Shown: positions 41,979 to 52,368 of the stretch, piece after piece
How positions within the stretch are numbered: the stretch's first letter is position 1
How the letters are laid out: the number at the start of each line of letters is the position of its first letter
Assembly (NCBI GenBank): GCA_050290185.1
Contig: JBNKHE010000001.1
Span: forward strand, 418,713 to 482,712
Direction of reading: 5' to 3'
Length of the DNA stretch: 64,000 nucleotides
From: Pontiella sp.
GTDB taxonomy: Bacteria > Verrucomicrobiota > Kiritimatiellia > Kiritimatiellales > Pontiellaceae
Translations under genes and position numbers: made by a program
Notes under the pieces: model-generated
The model's input: only the letters and a program-made list of their open reading frames with translations
Databases searched by the model: none
Told to the model about the DNA's origin: nothing

Positions 41979-43079
41979 ATGGAAACACCCTATTTGATCG
42001 ATACCACTCTGCGCGACGGCGAGCAGATGCCGGGCACCGTATTCACGCGCGAGGAAAAACTGACCATCGCGACTGCGCTGGCGGAAGTCGGCGTGGGCGA
42101 GATCGAAGCGGGCATTCCCGTGATGGGTCCGACGGAACAGGACGATATTGAGGCCATTATCGCCCTGGATCTACCGTGCCGGATTACGGGCTGGTGCCGT
42201 GCGGCGATGGCCGACCTCGAAGCCGCCGAAGCCGCCGGATTGGATTCGGTCCATCTTTCCTTCCCAATGTCCAACCACCACTTCCGGGCGCTCGGCAAGG
42301 ATTCGAACTGGGTGTTCAACACGCTGGAAAAAGTCCTGCCGGAAGCATTGAAGCGTTTTTCATATGTGTCGATCGGTGCACAGGATTCGGCGCGGGCCGA
42401 CCATTCATTGCTACTGGCGTTTGCACAGCGGGTCCAAGGACTGGGCGGACATCGGTTGCGCATCGCGGATACGGTCGGCGTCATGAATCCGTTCCAAGCG
42501 GTAGACTTGTTCCGAGAACTGAAAACCGCGGCGCCAGAACTCCCGCTTGCCTTTCACGCCCACAACGATCTGGGCATGGCAACCGCCAACACGCTAGCTG
42601 CTATCGAAGGTGGCGCGGAGGCTGCCGACGTCACGGTGGCAGGCATCGGCGAGCGTGCGGGTAATGCGGCGTTGGAACAAGTCGCCTTGGCTGTTCCGGA
42701 ATTCGGACTGCACACGAGGACGCTCGCATCGCTGTGTGGTCTGGTGCTTGCGGCGGCAGGGATCGATGTCCCGGCCTGCGCCCCCATTATCGGAAAGAAC
42801 GTGTTCAGCCATGAATCCGGCATCCATGTGCATGCCGTGCTGAATCACCGCAACGCATACGAACCCTTCGCCGCAGCCGACATCGGCCGGACCGATGCTA
42901 CCAATATTGTGCTGGGCATTCATTCCGGCGAAGCCGCGCTGCGCCACGCCTTGAACCAGCTTAACATCAATCCCGGAAACGAACCGCTTGGCTGGCTGCT
43001 TAAGCGCATAAAAAACCATGCGTTGAAAACCAAACAATCGATCGGGCCGAGGGAGCTTAGATATTACTACTATGAATAA
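41979..43079 (+). CDS. nifV: Homocitrate synthase
   Basis: [30 protein letters not shown]; nif context. Confidence 0.9.
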   Translation: METPYLIDTTLRDGEQMPGTVFTREEKLTIATALAEVGVGEIEAGIPVMGPTEQDDIEAIIALDLPCRITGWCRAAMADLEAAEAAGLDSVHLSFPMSNHHFRALGKDSNWVFNTLEKVLPEALKRFSYVSIGAQDSARADHSLLLAFAQRVQGLGGHRLRIADTVGVMNPFQAVDLFRELKTAAPELPLAFHAHNDLGMATANTLAAIEGGAEAADVTVAGIGERAGNAALEQVALAVPEFGLHTRTLASLCGLVLAAAGIDVPACAPIIGKNVFSHESGIHVHAVLNHRNAYEPFAAADIGRTDATNIVLGIHSGEAALRHALNQLNINPGNEPLGWLLKRIKNHALKTKQSIGPRELRYYYYE

Positions 43080-43290
43080 CCAGACGCCGTCCTGCCCGCA
43101 CTGCGGCTCGCATCAGCTTATCGCCCATCAGAATAGTCGCAGGGTTGTCATTACCCATACCGGATTACGGATTCCCCTGCTCACCGCCAACTATACTCTG
43201 GATCATCCGGTGATCGAGGAGCGCACCACCACCTACACGTGCTGCTGTTCATGGACAGGGGACGAAGCGGACATCACGTCGCACGGCTAG
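43072..43290 (+). CDS. Small hypothetical protein, possible Zn-ribbon
   Basis: CPHC...CCC; overlaps the nifV stop. Confidence 0.45.
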   Translation: MNNQTPSCPHCGSHQLIAHQNSRRVVITHTGLRIPLLTANYTLDHPVIEERTTTYTCCCSWTGDEADITSHG

Positions 43291-43300
43291 AATTACGCTT

Positions 43301-43316
43301 TGGTACACTTATTGCA
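43301..43316 (+). promoter_or_regulatory. Sigma-54 promoter of NifA-like activator 1
   Basis: TGGTAC-ACTTA-TTGCA. Confidence 0.72.
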
Positions 43317-43393
43317 TCTATATGCACATGCATGTGTGAATGCAGATTTATGCAACATATTTGTACGCGAACACCTAAAATGATGAACAGCAA

Positions 43394-44980
43394 ATGCCAA
43401 ATTGTAAGTTTGATGATCCCAAGCTCTGTGATGCCCGCCATATCAACGAACTCGAAACGCTGGCGAAAATTGCCCGCACCCTCTCCCGCAAATCGCAACA
43501 GGAAGAGGTTCTACTCGAAGTAATCGATGTGCTCGAGCGCAGCCACAATGTTCAGCGTGTGACCATCATGCTGCTGACTGTGGATGGCCGCGAGTTGCGT
43601 GTTGAGGCGGTCAAAGACCAAAAGGTTCAGCAGGCCGAAGGCAAGGCCTACCGGAAAGGCGAAGGCATTACCGGAAAGGTGCTCGAGACGGGACAGCCGA
43701 AGATTGTTCCGCTGGTTGCTGACGAGCCACGTTTCAAGGGCCGCCTGCATCACCGCTCCAACGAACCGCTAAGCTTTATCTGCGTTCCCCTTATCCTCGA
43801 TAACGAGACGGTCGGAACACTTTCCGCCGACTGCCCGGCCCGCGGTATCCCCGCGCTTGAGGAACTCCAGCGCTTCCTTTCAATCGCGGCGATCATCATC
43901 GCCAACGACGTCAGCGGACGGCGGATCGCCCGCATGGAGCGGCAGGCGCTTGAATCGGAAAACGTACGCCTGCGCGAGGCCATGATGGCCAAGTTCCAGC
44001 CGGAAAACATGATCGGAAACTCAAACCTGATGCATGCGGTTTATACCAGCATCCATCAGGTAGCCGCCACCGATACCACCGTGCTCATCCGTGGTGAATC
44101 GGGCACCGGCAAGGAGCTGGTCGCCTCGGCCGTCCACTACAGCAGCAACCGGGCAAAAAAGCCCTTTGTGAAAGTCAACTGCGCCGCGTTGAACGAAAAT
44201 CTGCTGGAGAGTGAGCTCTTCGGCCATGAAAAAGGCGCGTTTTCGGGCGCGCTTCAAACCCGTATCGGCCGGGTGCAGGAAGCCGAAGGCGGCACTCTGT
44301 TCCTTGATGAAATCGGCGATTTTTCACCCGCCATGCAGGTCAAGCTGCTACGCGTGCTCCAGGAGCGCACGTATGAGCGCGTCGGGAGCAACGAACAGCG
44401 AGTAGCCAACGTCCGCATTATTACCGCGACCAACGCCGACCTGGAAAACGCCATTGTTGAAAACCGGTTTCGGCAGGACCTGTTCTACCGCATCAATGTC
44501 TTCCCGATTCACCTTCCACCACTCCGCGCCAGACGAGACGACATCCTGCTGCTCACTAACTTTTTCATCAAGAAATACGGAGCCCAAATGGGCAGTGAAA
44601 TCCGGCGTATCAGCACCCCGGCCATCAATATGCTCATGGCCTATCATTGGCCCGGCAATGTCCGCGAACTGGAAAACACCATCGAGTATGCCGTACTCAT
44701 GGGCAAGGAGGATGGCGTGATCCACGGCCATGACCTCCCCCCCACGCTGCAAACCCCGGTCGCCATTGCGGCAACGGGCAGCATGAAACATACCCTCAAG
44801 GCCCGGGTCGCCACGCTGGAAAAGGATTTGATCGTCGACTCCCTCAAGCGCCACAACGGCACCATCAGCGCCGCGGCCCGCGAGCTTGGGATCACGGAAC
44901 GCATGGTGCGCTACAAGATCAAAAATCTCAAAATTGACTATGAAACCCTCTTCAAGAAACGGAAACGAAGGAAGAGCTAG
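43394..44980 (+). CDS. NifA-like GAF-AAA+-HTH sigma-54 activator 1
   Basis: GEGITG GAF motif, [25 protein letters not shown]. Confidence 0.92.
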   Translation: MPNCKFDDPKLCDARHINELETLAKIARTLSRKSQQEEVLLEVIDVLERSHNVQRVTIMLLTVDGRELRVEAVKDQKVQQAEGKAYRKGEGITGKVLETGQPKIVPLVADEPRFKGRLHHRSNEPLSFICVPLILDNETVGTLSADCPARGIPALEELQRFLSIAAIIIANDVSGRRIARMERQALESENVRLREAMMAKFQPENMIGNSNLMHAVYTSIHQVAATDTTVLIRGESGTGKELVASAVHYSSNRAKKPFVKVNCAALNENLLESELFGHEKGAFSGALQTRIGRVQEAEGGTLFLDEIGDFSPAMQVKLLRVLQERTYERVGSNEQRVANVRIITATNADLENAIVENRFRQDLFYRINVFPIHLPPLRARRDDILLLTNFFIKKYGAQMGSEIRRISTPAINMLMAYHWPGNVRELENTIEYAVLMGKEDGVIHGHDLPPTLQTPVAIAATGSMKHTLKARVATLEKDLIVDSLKRHNGTISAAARELGITERMVRYKIKNLKIDYETLFKKRKRRKS

Positions 44981-45028
44981 CCTTTGCTCTTTGGACCAAC
45001 CCATCAACTAAACACGGAATTAATCCCC

Positions 45029-45469
45029 ATGGAAATTCGCACCGCGACCAAAGACGATATCCCGGCGATGGCAGAGCTTCTGCACCAGCTGTTTGCCATC
45101 GAGAGTGATTTTACTCCGGACTATCCGAAGCAGGCCAAAGGACTGGAACTGTTGATCGACCGACCGGCGGCAACGATCTTTGTGGCCGAGATCGATGGAT
45201 CCGTGGTGGGCATGTGTACGGCCCAGATTATCGTATCTACGGCTATGGGACAGGAAGTGGGTGCGGTGGAGGATGTCATTATAGATGTAGAATACCGGGG
45301 CAAGGGAATCGGTGCCGCGCTGATGCGGGCGATAGAAGCATGGGCCGTTCAAAAAAAGCTGGGCCGGCTGCAACTCCGGGCCGACAAGAATAATGGCCCC
45401 GCCCTTTGCTTCTATCGGCAACAGGGATGGAAACATACCAACCTGATTGGCTGGATGAAGTTTCTGTAG
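45029..45469 (+). CDS. GNAT acetyltransferase
   Basis: YRGKGIG motif A, N..AL.FY..QGW; start ATG 45029. Confidence 0.88.
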   Translation: MEIRTATKDDIPAMAELLHQLFAIESDFTPDYPKQAKGLELLIDRPAATIFVAEIDGSVVGMCTAQIIVSTAMGQEVGAVEDVIIDVEYRGKGIGAALMRAIEAWAVQKKLGRLQLRADKNNGPALCFYRQQGWKHTNLIGWMKFL

Positions 45470-45750
45470 AGATGCCGGACGACCTCGTCCACCCAGCCTT
45501 ATTCCAATGATCTACAACCCTGCTTCCTGCGCAGGTCCGCAACAACAGTATTCCCATGCGCGCATCAAAGATAGTATTTCAGGATTAAATCATCACTGAA
45601 GACGACGTTTTGAAATACCGCATGCGCTTAAGAGACCACACCTCCCCAGGACCTTCGATTTCTAGTAATTTCTACGAGCACGGACTTGCGTTCGAAACTC
45701 AGGTTATTTATGCTGTAGCAGTTAGGTCGATAGAACAGAGAGGATTCATT

Positions 45751-46119
45751 GTGGTACAGATTGCGGAAAAGGAATGGCAGACGCTCAAGAAGAAGCTGGG
45801 AGACGACGGCCGACTTGAAAAATTTACTCTCGGCGAACCCGAACAGGAGTACGTCACCTCTCGGGGAATGGATATCCTGCGCCTCCATGCAACCGACTTT
45901 GTCAACAAGCGGCTGGCTCCGGCCAATCCAAAAAACGATGGGCGTCAAACCCCGACCAAAGGACACCCGGTCTTCATTGCCCAGCATGCCTGTGGTTGCA
46001 ACGACCGCGCCAGCCTGGAAGAATTCTTCGGAATCGAAATGGGGCGGGAGCTCACCGAGAAAGAAGTGAATTTCGTTGTAGATGTGATCCTCAAGTGGAT
46101 CGAGGAACACCTTGATTAG
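45751..46119 (+). CDS. DUF4186-like protein
   Basis: RLAPANPKNDGRQTP..GHPVFIAQHA; GTG start after AGAGG. Confidence 0.78.
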   Translation: MVQIAEKEWQTLKKKLGDDGRLEKFTLGEPEQEYVTSRGMDILRLHATDFVNKRLAPANPKNDGRQTPTKGHPVFIAQHACGCNDRASLEEFFGIEMGRELTEKEVNFVVDVILKWIEEHLD

Positions 46120-46142
46120 TTAATAGGGTATTCCCTGCATCA

Positions 46143-46176
46143 GAAAACCTTCCTTAAGCGGAAGGTTTTTCTTTTT
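46143..46176 (+). terminator. Intrinsic terminator
   Basis: AAAACCTTCC-N6-GGAAGGTTTTT-CTTTTT. Confidence 0.72.
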
Positions 46177-46210
46177 ATCGCCCCTTCTATTCGAATATTC
46201 TCTACCCACT

Positions 46211-47440
46211 ATGGAACCAGTAATTGTTAAGCGATCCGATCATAACATCAGCCGGAAGAACATCAGTTCTGCGGCGGTAAAGGTGCTCTATCATCTCAAG
46301 GATGAAGGCCACACCGCCTATCTGGCAGGAGGCGGAGTACGCGACCTGCTGCTCAAACGCAGTCCCAAGGATTTTGATGTCGTCACCGATGCTACCCCGG
46401 AGCAGATCCGCAAGATGTTCCGCAACTGCCGCCTGATCGGTCGGCGTTTCCGTCTAGCCCATATCCTGTTTCGCGGAGAGGTCATTGAAACCTCCACATT
46501 CCGCGCGCCCGTTCCCGAGGAAGAAAATGGTGACTATTGCGAAAATACCTTTCGCACCGGCGAAAGCGGAATGGTCATGCGCGATAACATCTTTGGAACA
46601 CCAGAGCAGGACGCATTGCGGCGCGACTTCACGATCAACGCCCTTTTCTACAACATTGCCAACTTTTCCGTGATCGACTACGCAGGCGGGCTGAAGGATC
46701 TGGACGCGAAGATAATTCGCGTCATCGGAGATCCCGACAAGCGCTTCGCAGAGGATCCGGTGCGCATGATCCGCGCCGCCCGTTTTGCCGGCACGCTTGG
46801 ATTTGACATTGAATCGAAAGCCTTCGATTCGATCTGCCGCAACAAGGATATGCTGGCTCAGGCTTCCTCCTCGCGCATGTATGAAGAGGTGCAAAAGCTC
46901 TTTTTCTGCGGTCATGCCAAAGAGGTCTTCCACTGGCTGGAGCGGAGCGATCTGCTGCACCCCATGTTTCACGATTTTTCCCATTGGATCGACGAAGACA
47001 AGGCTCGGCACGACTGGGTCATCCAGACGCTCGATCAGATGGATCGCTGGCGCAAAGCCGGCCTCCAGGTGCATCCTCCCTTGCTCTTCGCCCTGATATT
47101 CGGCGAATACCACGAATTTCTTGCTGACAAACTCGAAAAGGAGGGCCTATCGGCCCATGATGCCTGCAGACAGGCGGTTCAGCAGCACCTAACAGGTGTG
47201 TGCGAAAATGTGCGGATTCCAAAACAGGTCATCTATCAGGTTTCCGATATCATGGGAAACCAGTTGCGTTTCCACAAAACCCAGGGACACCGGGCGCAAC
47301 GCTTCCAGCATAGCCGCGGATTTCTGGATGCATTCCTCTACTTCAAGTTTTCCTCCAAAGCCCACAACCGAAATCTGGATTTACTCGATTTCTGGACGGA
47401 TCGCCACAAGAACCTGAAACATCGGGCTCCGCATAAATAA
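46211..47440 (+). CDS. pcnB: Poly(A) polymerase I
   Basis: GGGVRD, DFD, PAP signature LIGRRFRLAHI, RRDFTINA, EDPVRM.RA. Confidence 0.9.
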   Translation: MEPVIVKRSDHNISRKNISSAAVKVLYHLKDEGHTAYLAGGGVRDLLLKRSPKDFDVVTDATPEQIRKMFRNCRLIGRRFRLAHILFRGEVIETSTFRAPVPEEENGDYCENTFRTGESGMVMRDNIFGTPEQDALRRDFTINALFYNIANFSVIDYAGGLKDLDAKIIRVIGDPDKRFAEDPVRMIRAARFAGTLGFDIESKAFDSICRNKDMLAQASSSRMYEEVQKLFFCGHAKEVFHWLERSDLLHPMFHDFSHWIDEDKARHDWVIQTLDQMDRWRKAGLQVHPPLLFALIFGEYHEFLADKLEKEGLSAHDACRQAVQQHLTGVCENVRIPKQVIYQVSDIMGNQLRFHKTQGHRAQRFQHSRGFLDAFLYFKFSSKAHNRNLDLLDFWTDRHKNLKHRAPHK

Positions 47441-47563
47441 CCGATTATAAACGGTGCGACAGCCGATTATCTAAAAACATCCTTGTTCGCCTCAGAACAT
47501 CTCTGTACATATTTGTAGCTCGTTTCTGTTTTGATACAGAAACCGATAAAGAAGGATAAAACC

Positions 47564-49096
47564 ATGACCAATAGTGAAAAGGAACTTAGCGTTCTATACA
47601 AAATTTCTCAGACTATTTCCGCGCGCCAGCACAATATTTCCGACTTGCTGAATGAGGTTCTTCAAACCATGTCGACGGACATGGGCTTGCTTCGCGGAAC
47701 ATTGGCCCTGCGCAAACCCGGAACGGATATCCTGAACATTGAAGCGTCGAGCGGACTTTCCACCAGCGAGATGCGACGCGGACAGTATCAGCTTGGAGAA
47801 GGAGTGACGGGACGGGTGGCACAGACCGGGAATGCGGCCATCGTGCCCGACATCTCCGAATCGACCGACTTCCTTAACCGCACCAAGGCTCGCAGTGATC
47901 AGAAAATAGCCTTTATCTGTGTCCCGATCGTTCACCACAAGGAAGTGGTCGGCACCATGAGCATCGACCTGCCGACCTGCGAAGACCAGGAACTTAAAGG
48001 TTATGCTCTCTTTCTCGAGCATGTCGCCCAGATTCTGGCCTCGGCCGTCTCCACGATCCGGGAGGAAATCGAAGAACGTCATGCGCTCGAATCCGAAAAC
48101 GAAATGCTGCGCCGCCAGCTGGGGGATCGCTACAGCATCGACAACATGGTCGGGAACTGCAACTCGATGCGAAGCGTGTATGAGCAGATCGTACAAGTGG
48201 CCAACAGCGCAGCAACCGTACTGGTGCGCGGAGAATCCGGCACCGGCAAGGAGCTGGTAGCCCGTGCCATTCACTTTAACAGCCCGCGCAAAAACAATGC
48301 ATTCGTCAGCGTCAACTGCGCAGCACTGCCCGAAAACCTGATCGAGAGCGAACTGTTTGGTCACGAAAAGGGCGCCTTCACCGGGGCGGCGCAACAGCGC
48401 AAGGGCCGCTTTGAACTGGCGAATGGCGGAACCATTTTTCTCGATGAAATCGGCGATATTTCCCCGGCGGTTCAGGTTCGCCTGCTGCGCGTTCTGCAGG
48501 AAAAAACCTTTGAGCGCGTCGGGGGTAATGAAACGATCGAAGTCAACGTGCGCGTCGTGGCGGCTACCAGCCGCAACCTCGAGGAAGGCATCGCCCAGCA
48601 AACCTTCCGGGAAGACCTGTATTATCGTCTCAACGTCTTCCCGATCCTGCTTCCGCCGCTACGTGAACGAAAATCCGATATCATGCTGCTGGCCGATCAC
48701 TTCCTTCAAAAGTACGGCAATATGTACGGCAAGAACATGAAACGTATTTCCACCTCCGCCATCAATATGATGATGGTCTACCACTGGCCCGGAAACGTCC
48801 GCGAGCTGGAAAACTGCCTGGAACGCGCAGTGCTAACCTCCGCCGATGGAGTGATCCACGGCTTCAACCTTCCGCCATCGCTGCAGACCAGCGAAGGGAC
48901 GCACACCAATCTGCTCCCTGAAAACGGCGCCAACCTCAAGCAGATGGTCGAAGCCTACGAACGCGAAATCCTTATCGATGCGCTGAAGAAATACCGGGGC
49001 AATGCAGCCGCCGTGGCACGCTATCTGGAAACCACGCAGCGCATTATCAACTACCGCATCAAAAATCTCGGCATCGAACCCAGAAACTATAAATAA
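47564..49096 (+). CDS. NifA-like GAF-AAA+-HTH sigma-54 activator 2
   Basis: [28 protein letters not shown]; start ATG 47564. Confidence 0.92.
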   Translation: MTNSEKELSVLYKISQTISARQHNISDLLNEVLQTMSTDMGLLRGTLALRKPGTDILNIEASSGLSTSEMRRGQYQLGEGVTGRVAQTGNAAIVPDISESTDFLNRTKARSDQKIAFICVPIVHHKEVVGTMSIDLPTCEDQELKGYALFLEHVAQILASAVSTIREEIEERHALESENEMLRRQLGDRYSIDNMVGNCNSMRSVYEQIVQVANSAATVLVRGESGTGKELVARAIHFNSPRKNNAFVSVNCAALPENLIESELFGHEKGAFTGAAQQRKGRFELANGGTIFLDEIGDISPAVQVRLLRVLQEKTFERVGGNETIEVNVRVVAATSRNLEEGIAQQTFREDLYYRLNVFPILLPPLRERKSDIMLLADHFLQKYGNMYGKNMKRISTSAINMMMVYHWPGNVRELENCLERAVLTSADGVIHGFNLPPSLQTSEGTHTNLLPENGANLKQMVEAYEREILIDALKKYRGNAAAVARYLETTQRIINYRIKNLGIEPRNYK

Positions 49097-49215
49097 CCGA
49101 AGAATACGCTGCATAACGCAGATAAGGAAAAGTGATGGACGAGTTTCTTTACAAAAACGAATCCCACGCTATCCGGTCTGAATATCATGCTGCGGGTTTC
49201 TTCGAATTCTGCGCT
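49095..49215 (+). pseudogene. Remnant of a GxxExxY-like gene start inside a degenerate palindromic element
   Basis: AAGGA + ATG 49135: MDEFLYKNESHAI, resembling GxxExxY N-termini, then similarity is lost. Confidence 0.5.
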
Positions 49216-49225
49216 AAAAACATAT

Positions 49226-50089
49226 ATGGAAATTGACCAGCTAATCGAATCCTTGGAATTCCGGTTTTCGGCCGCAGGGGTGGATAATGCCAAACGTGTT
49301 GCCGAAGAACTGCTGGCACACGTCTTCCACTGTAAACCGCTGGAAATCTACACCGGCGCGGTTCCCCGGCAGGCAACCACCCTTGAGCAGCTCGAGATCA
49401 TCAAGCGTCTCGAGCCTCTGGCGCAACGTGTCGAAGACGGCGAGCCGTTGCAATATGTCATTGGCCACGTCGACTTCTGGGGACTGGAAATAAAATGCGA
49501 TCCCCGGGCGCTTATTCCCCGGCCCGAAACCGAACTGCTGGTCGAGGAAGTTCTAAGCTCCGGCATTTGGCATAACGGGCCTGCCACCGTCGTGGATGTG
49601 GGCACCGGAACCGGGTGTATCGTTTTGACGCTGGCCCAGCAAAGACCGGATGCCAACTTCAAAGCGGTCGACCAATCATCCGAAGCACTGGATCTGGCCC
49701 GCGAAAACGCGAAATTAAACGGATTGGGCAACCGCATACTCTGGCTGGTCGGGGACCTGCTGGAAGGTTTTGCCGAGAAAAGCGCAGATGCCCTCGTGGC
49801 CAACCTTCCCTACATTGCAACCGGCGACTGGAAAGAACTTTCTTCCTCCGTTCGCGACCACGAACCGCGTTCAGCATTGGACAGCGGCCCCAGTGGAATG
49901 GAACTGATCAAGCAGCTGGCCACGCAGGCCCGCTATGTCCTCGTGCCCAACGGCATGCTATTCCTCGAATTCGGCTACGATCAGGGGGAATCCGTCCGAC
50001 TTTGCCTTGAACAACTCGGATACCGTAAAATTCAGATCAAGCACGACCTCGCCGGCCACGACCGCATCGCCATTGCCGAGAACCCGTAG
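49226..50089 (+). CDS. prmC: Release factor glutamine methyltransferase
   Basis: GEPLQY, LIPRPETE, DVGTGTG, NLPY; start ATG 49226. Confidence 0.93.
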   Translation: MEIDQLIESLEFRFSAAGVDNAKRVAEELLAHVFHCKPLEIYTGAVPRQATTLEQLEIIKRLEPLAQRVEDGEPLQYVIGHVDFWGLEIKCDPRALIPRPETELLVEEVLSSGIWHNGPATVVDVGTGTGCIVLTLAQQRPDANFKAVDQSSEALDLARENAKLNGLGNRILWLVGDLLEGFAEKSADALVANLPYIATGDWKELSSSVRDHEPRSALDSGPSGMELIKQLATQARYVLVPNGMLFLEFGYDQGESVRLCLEQLGYRKIQIKHDLAGHDRIAIAENP

Positions 50090-50131
50090 CCGTTCCAGAC
50101 CAAGCAAGCATGGGGAAGAATAATCGTCTGC

Positions 50132-50287
50132 GTGATCACATTTATCGCCTTCATCTTCGATCAGCGACTGGTCTCCCTGGTTGGGAAAAGCGGCTTGAGC
50201 ATCATCACGCGCCTGATGGGACCGATTCTCGCCGTGTTCGGCATGCAGCTGCTTACAAACGGTGTAATGAACATTGTGCATGGATGA
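50132..50287 (+). pseudogene. MarC-family C-terminal fragment
   Basis: Manual translation: VITFIAFIFDQRLVSLVGKSGLSIITRLMGPILAVFGMQLLTNG; N-terminal three quarters absent. Confidence 0.65.
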
Positions 50288-50288
50288 T

Positions 50289-50909
50289 ATGGCCTTGAAT
50301 AAAACAGACCGCCTTCGGGTTCGATTTTCGCCGAATGACCGGGTCGAATTCAATTACAGGAACCGCCGCTTGACGGGATTGATTATTCGCACCAATCCCA
50401 AGCGCGCCGTGGTGCGCATAGAGGAAGACGAGTTCACCGTACCCTATGAGCGCCTCATTGCTCTGGGAGATGCCGCCGAACAGCGGGAACAACGTCTCAA
50501 TTCGATCCTCCAACTCGCATGGAACCTGATGGACAGACACGGGCTTCAAGGCTGGCGTTTTCAATTCGACCATTCCACCCGCCGGGCGGGCTGCTGCAAC
50601 TATCATGACCAATTGATTTCCATCTCCTTCGATCTCGCCCGCAGCGGCTCCGAAACCGATATCCGCGATACGATCCTGCACGAAATCGCCCACGCACTCG
50701 TAGGCAAGAAACACAATCACGATGCCGTCTGGAAGGACAAGGCCAGAGAAATCGGCGGCTCCGGAGAACGTACCCACCGAATGGAGTTTTCACCACCACG
50801 CTGGAAGGTACGCTGCGAAAACCACTGCTGGTCACATACCGCCCAGCGTCGGAACCGCCGGCTGGTTTGCCGCAAGTGCGGCGGAAAGCTCGTTTATTCA
50901 GCCTGCTGA
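50289..50909 (+). CDS. SprT-like Zn metalloprotease with C-terminal Zn ribbon
   Basis: ILHEIAH...H...W; C...C and CRKC. Confidence 0.85.
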   Translation: MALNKTDRLRVRFSPNDRVEFNYRNRRLTGLIIRTNPKRAVVRIEEDEFTVPYERLIALGDAAEQREQRLNSILQLAWNLMDRHGLQGWRFQFDHSTRRAGCCNYHDQLISISFDLARSGSETDIRDTILHEIAHALVGKKHNHDAVWKDKAREIGGSGERTHRMEFSPPRWKVRCENHCWSHTAQRRNRRLVCRKCGGKLVYSAC

Positions 50910-52007
50910 CAGCAACCGAACAATATTGCGGACGGAAAACGCCAGGTCCTCAGGGGCGTGGGCCATGCATTCTGCCAGCGAAGTATGGCCGGCGGAGATG
51001 CTGAAGGCATAATCGAATGTGCCGAAGACCGCATCAAGGTCGCCATGCAGCGCCCCCGAAAGCAACAGGGTTTTCACTCCACGCTCACGAGCCATGCCCG
51101 CCAAAACGGCACACAGCTTACCGGAGGCTGTCTGTCTATCGGTCCGGCCTTCTCCCGTAATCAGCAGGTCGGCTTCTTCGAGCGCCTGCGGCAAGCCAAC
51201 GGTTTCCGCAACCAACTGAGCACCGGGAACAATGCGGGCCTGGCAAAACGCCCGCAGTCCATAGCCCAATCCTCCGGCGGCTCCGTCGCCGGGCTCCTCG
51301 GCTACACCAAGGATGGTTCGGAGATTGCCAAGCCCGGCATCAAGACGTTCGGTCATTTCCGGCGTGGCCCCCTTTTGCGGTCCAAATACATGGGCCGCGC
51401 CGTTTGGCCCAGTCAGCGGATTGGTCACATCGCAGGCCACCTGAATGTTCGCATCGGCCAGCGCCGGATGTACCGATGCGGAATCAACGGAATGAATGAC
51501 AGAAAGGATTCTACCGCCCCGTTCAGCAGTCTCATTCCCGTCGCGATCGAGGAAACGATAGCCCAGAGCCTGGGCCATGCCGGTGCCGCCATCGACCGTA
51601 GCGCTGCCTCCAATCCCCATCACAATGGAGGTGTGCCCCTCATCCAACATATGCCCAAGAATTTCACCCACCCCATATGTCGTAGTTTCCAAGGGGTTGA
51701 GCCGGTCATGCGGAACCAGTTCAATGCCGGCGGCCGAAGCCATTTCCATCACAGCAGTACCATCATGAAGAAGTCCATACTGCGCTTCAACGCGGTCTCC
51801 CAGCGCGCCGCAAACTTCCAAGGTATGCAAGGAGCCCCTGGTTGCCGCAACCATGGCATCAACCGTCCCTTCCCCACCATCTGCCATGGGGAACATCCAC
51901 ACCTCGGCATCGGGGCACTCGAGCAAAATAGCGTCCCGGATTATGGTGCAGATCGTCGAACTGCGCATATTGCCTTTGTAGGAATCCGGAGCAATTATGA
52001 TTTTCAT
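50898..52007 (-). CDS. glxK: Glycerate kinase
   Basis: MKIIIAPDSYKG, ADGGEGT, GGSAT.DGG, GPQKGA, TGEG. Confidence 0.92.
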   Translation of the reverse strand: MKIIIAPDSYKGNMRSSTICTIIRDAILLECPDAEVWMFPMADGGEGTVDAMVAATRGSLHTLEVCGALGDRVEAQYGLLHDGTAVMEMASAAGIELVPHDRLNPLETTTYGVGEILGHMLDEGHTSIVMGIGGSATVDGGTGMAQALGYRFLDRDGNETAERGGRILSVIHSVDSASVHPALADANIQVACDVTNPLTGPNGAAHVFGPQKGATPEMTERLDAGLGNLRTILGVAEEPGDGAAGGLGYGLRAFCQARIVPGAQLVAETVGLPQALEEADLLITGEGRTDRQTASGKLCAVLAGMARERGVKTLLLSGALHGDLDAVFGTFDYAFSISAGHTSLAECMAHAPEDLAFSVRNIVRLLSAG

Positions 52008-52110
52008 GCGTCCTCCCGGTCTCATCGTAAACTGCGTTCAGTTTGTACGCTTGACCGGAGAAAGCAAGGCCACGCACCGGCTGTTTCAGGGAGGTTGAAG
52101 CGTTCATCGC

Positions 52111-52139
52111 TTGACACCGTCCGTTCGAAGGGGAAGTAT
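52111..52139 (+). promoter_or_regulatory. Possible sigma-70 promoter for the btu operon
   Basis: TTGACA-N17-AAGTAT just upstream of the riboswitch. Confidence 0.45.
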
Positions 52140-52146
52140 GCGCCAT

Positions 52147-52242
52147 CAATCGGATGATTCGGCAAGTCCCGTGGAAATCGGGCGCTGTCGCGCAACTGTA
52201 ATCGGCCAACGGGCCGTAAGCCAGAAAACGGACATCGGATTG
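52147..52242 (+). ncRNA. Cobalamin riboswitch (compact)
   Basis: CCCGTGGAAATCGGG-CGCTGTCGCGCAACTGTAA...AAGCCAGA; flanking P1 CAATCGGATG/CATCGGATTG; upstream of B12 genes. Confidence 0.85.
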
Positions 52243-52368
52243 CTTTTGTTTGTCTCCTTCGCGGAATAAGGGGATGGCTGCCGGTTCCTACGGTCTCCTT
52301 CCCTTTGTCCTTGCGCGGGATTTTAATTAACCGACTAGCGCCCCGCGTAAGGGCAGAATGGAATACCC

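Noticed and set aside
46211..47440. CCA-adding enzyme
   Set aside because: Carries the poly(A) polymerase signature LIGRRFRLAHI
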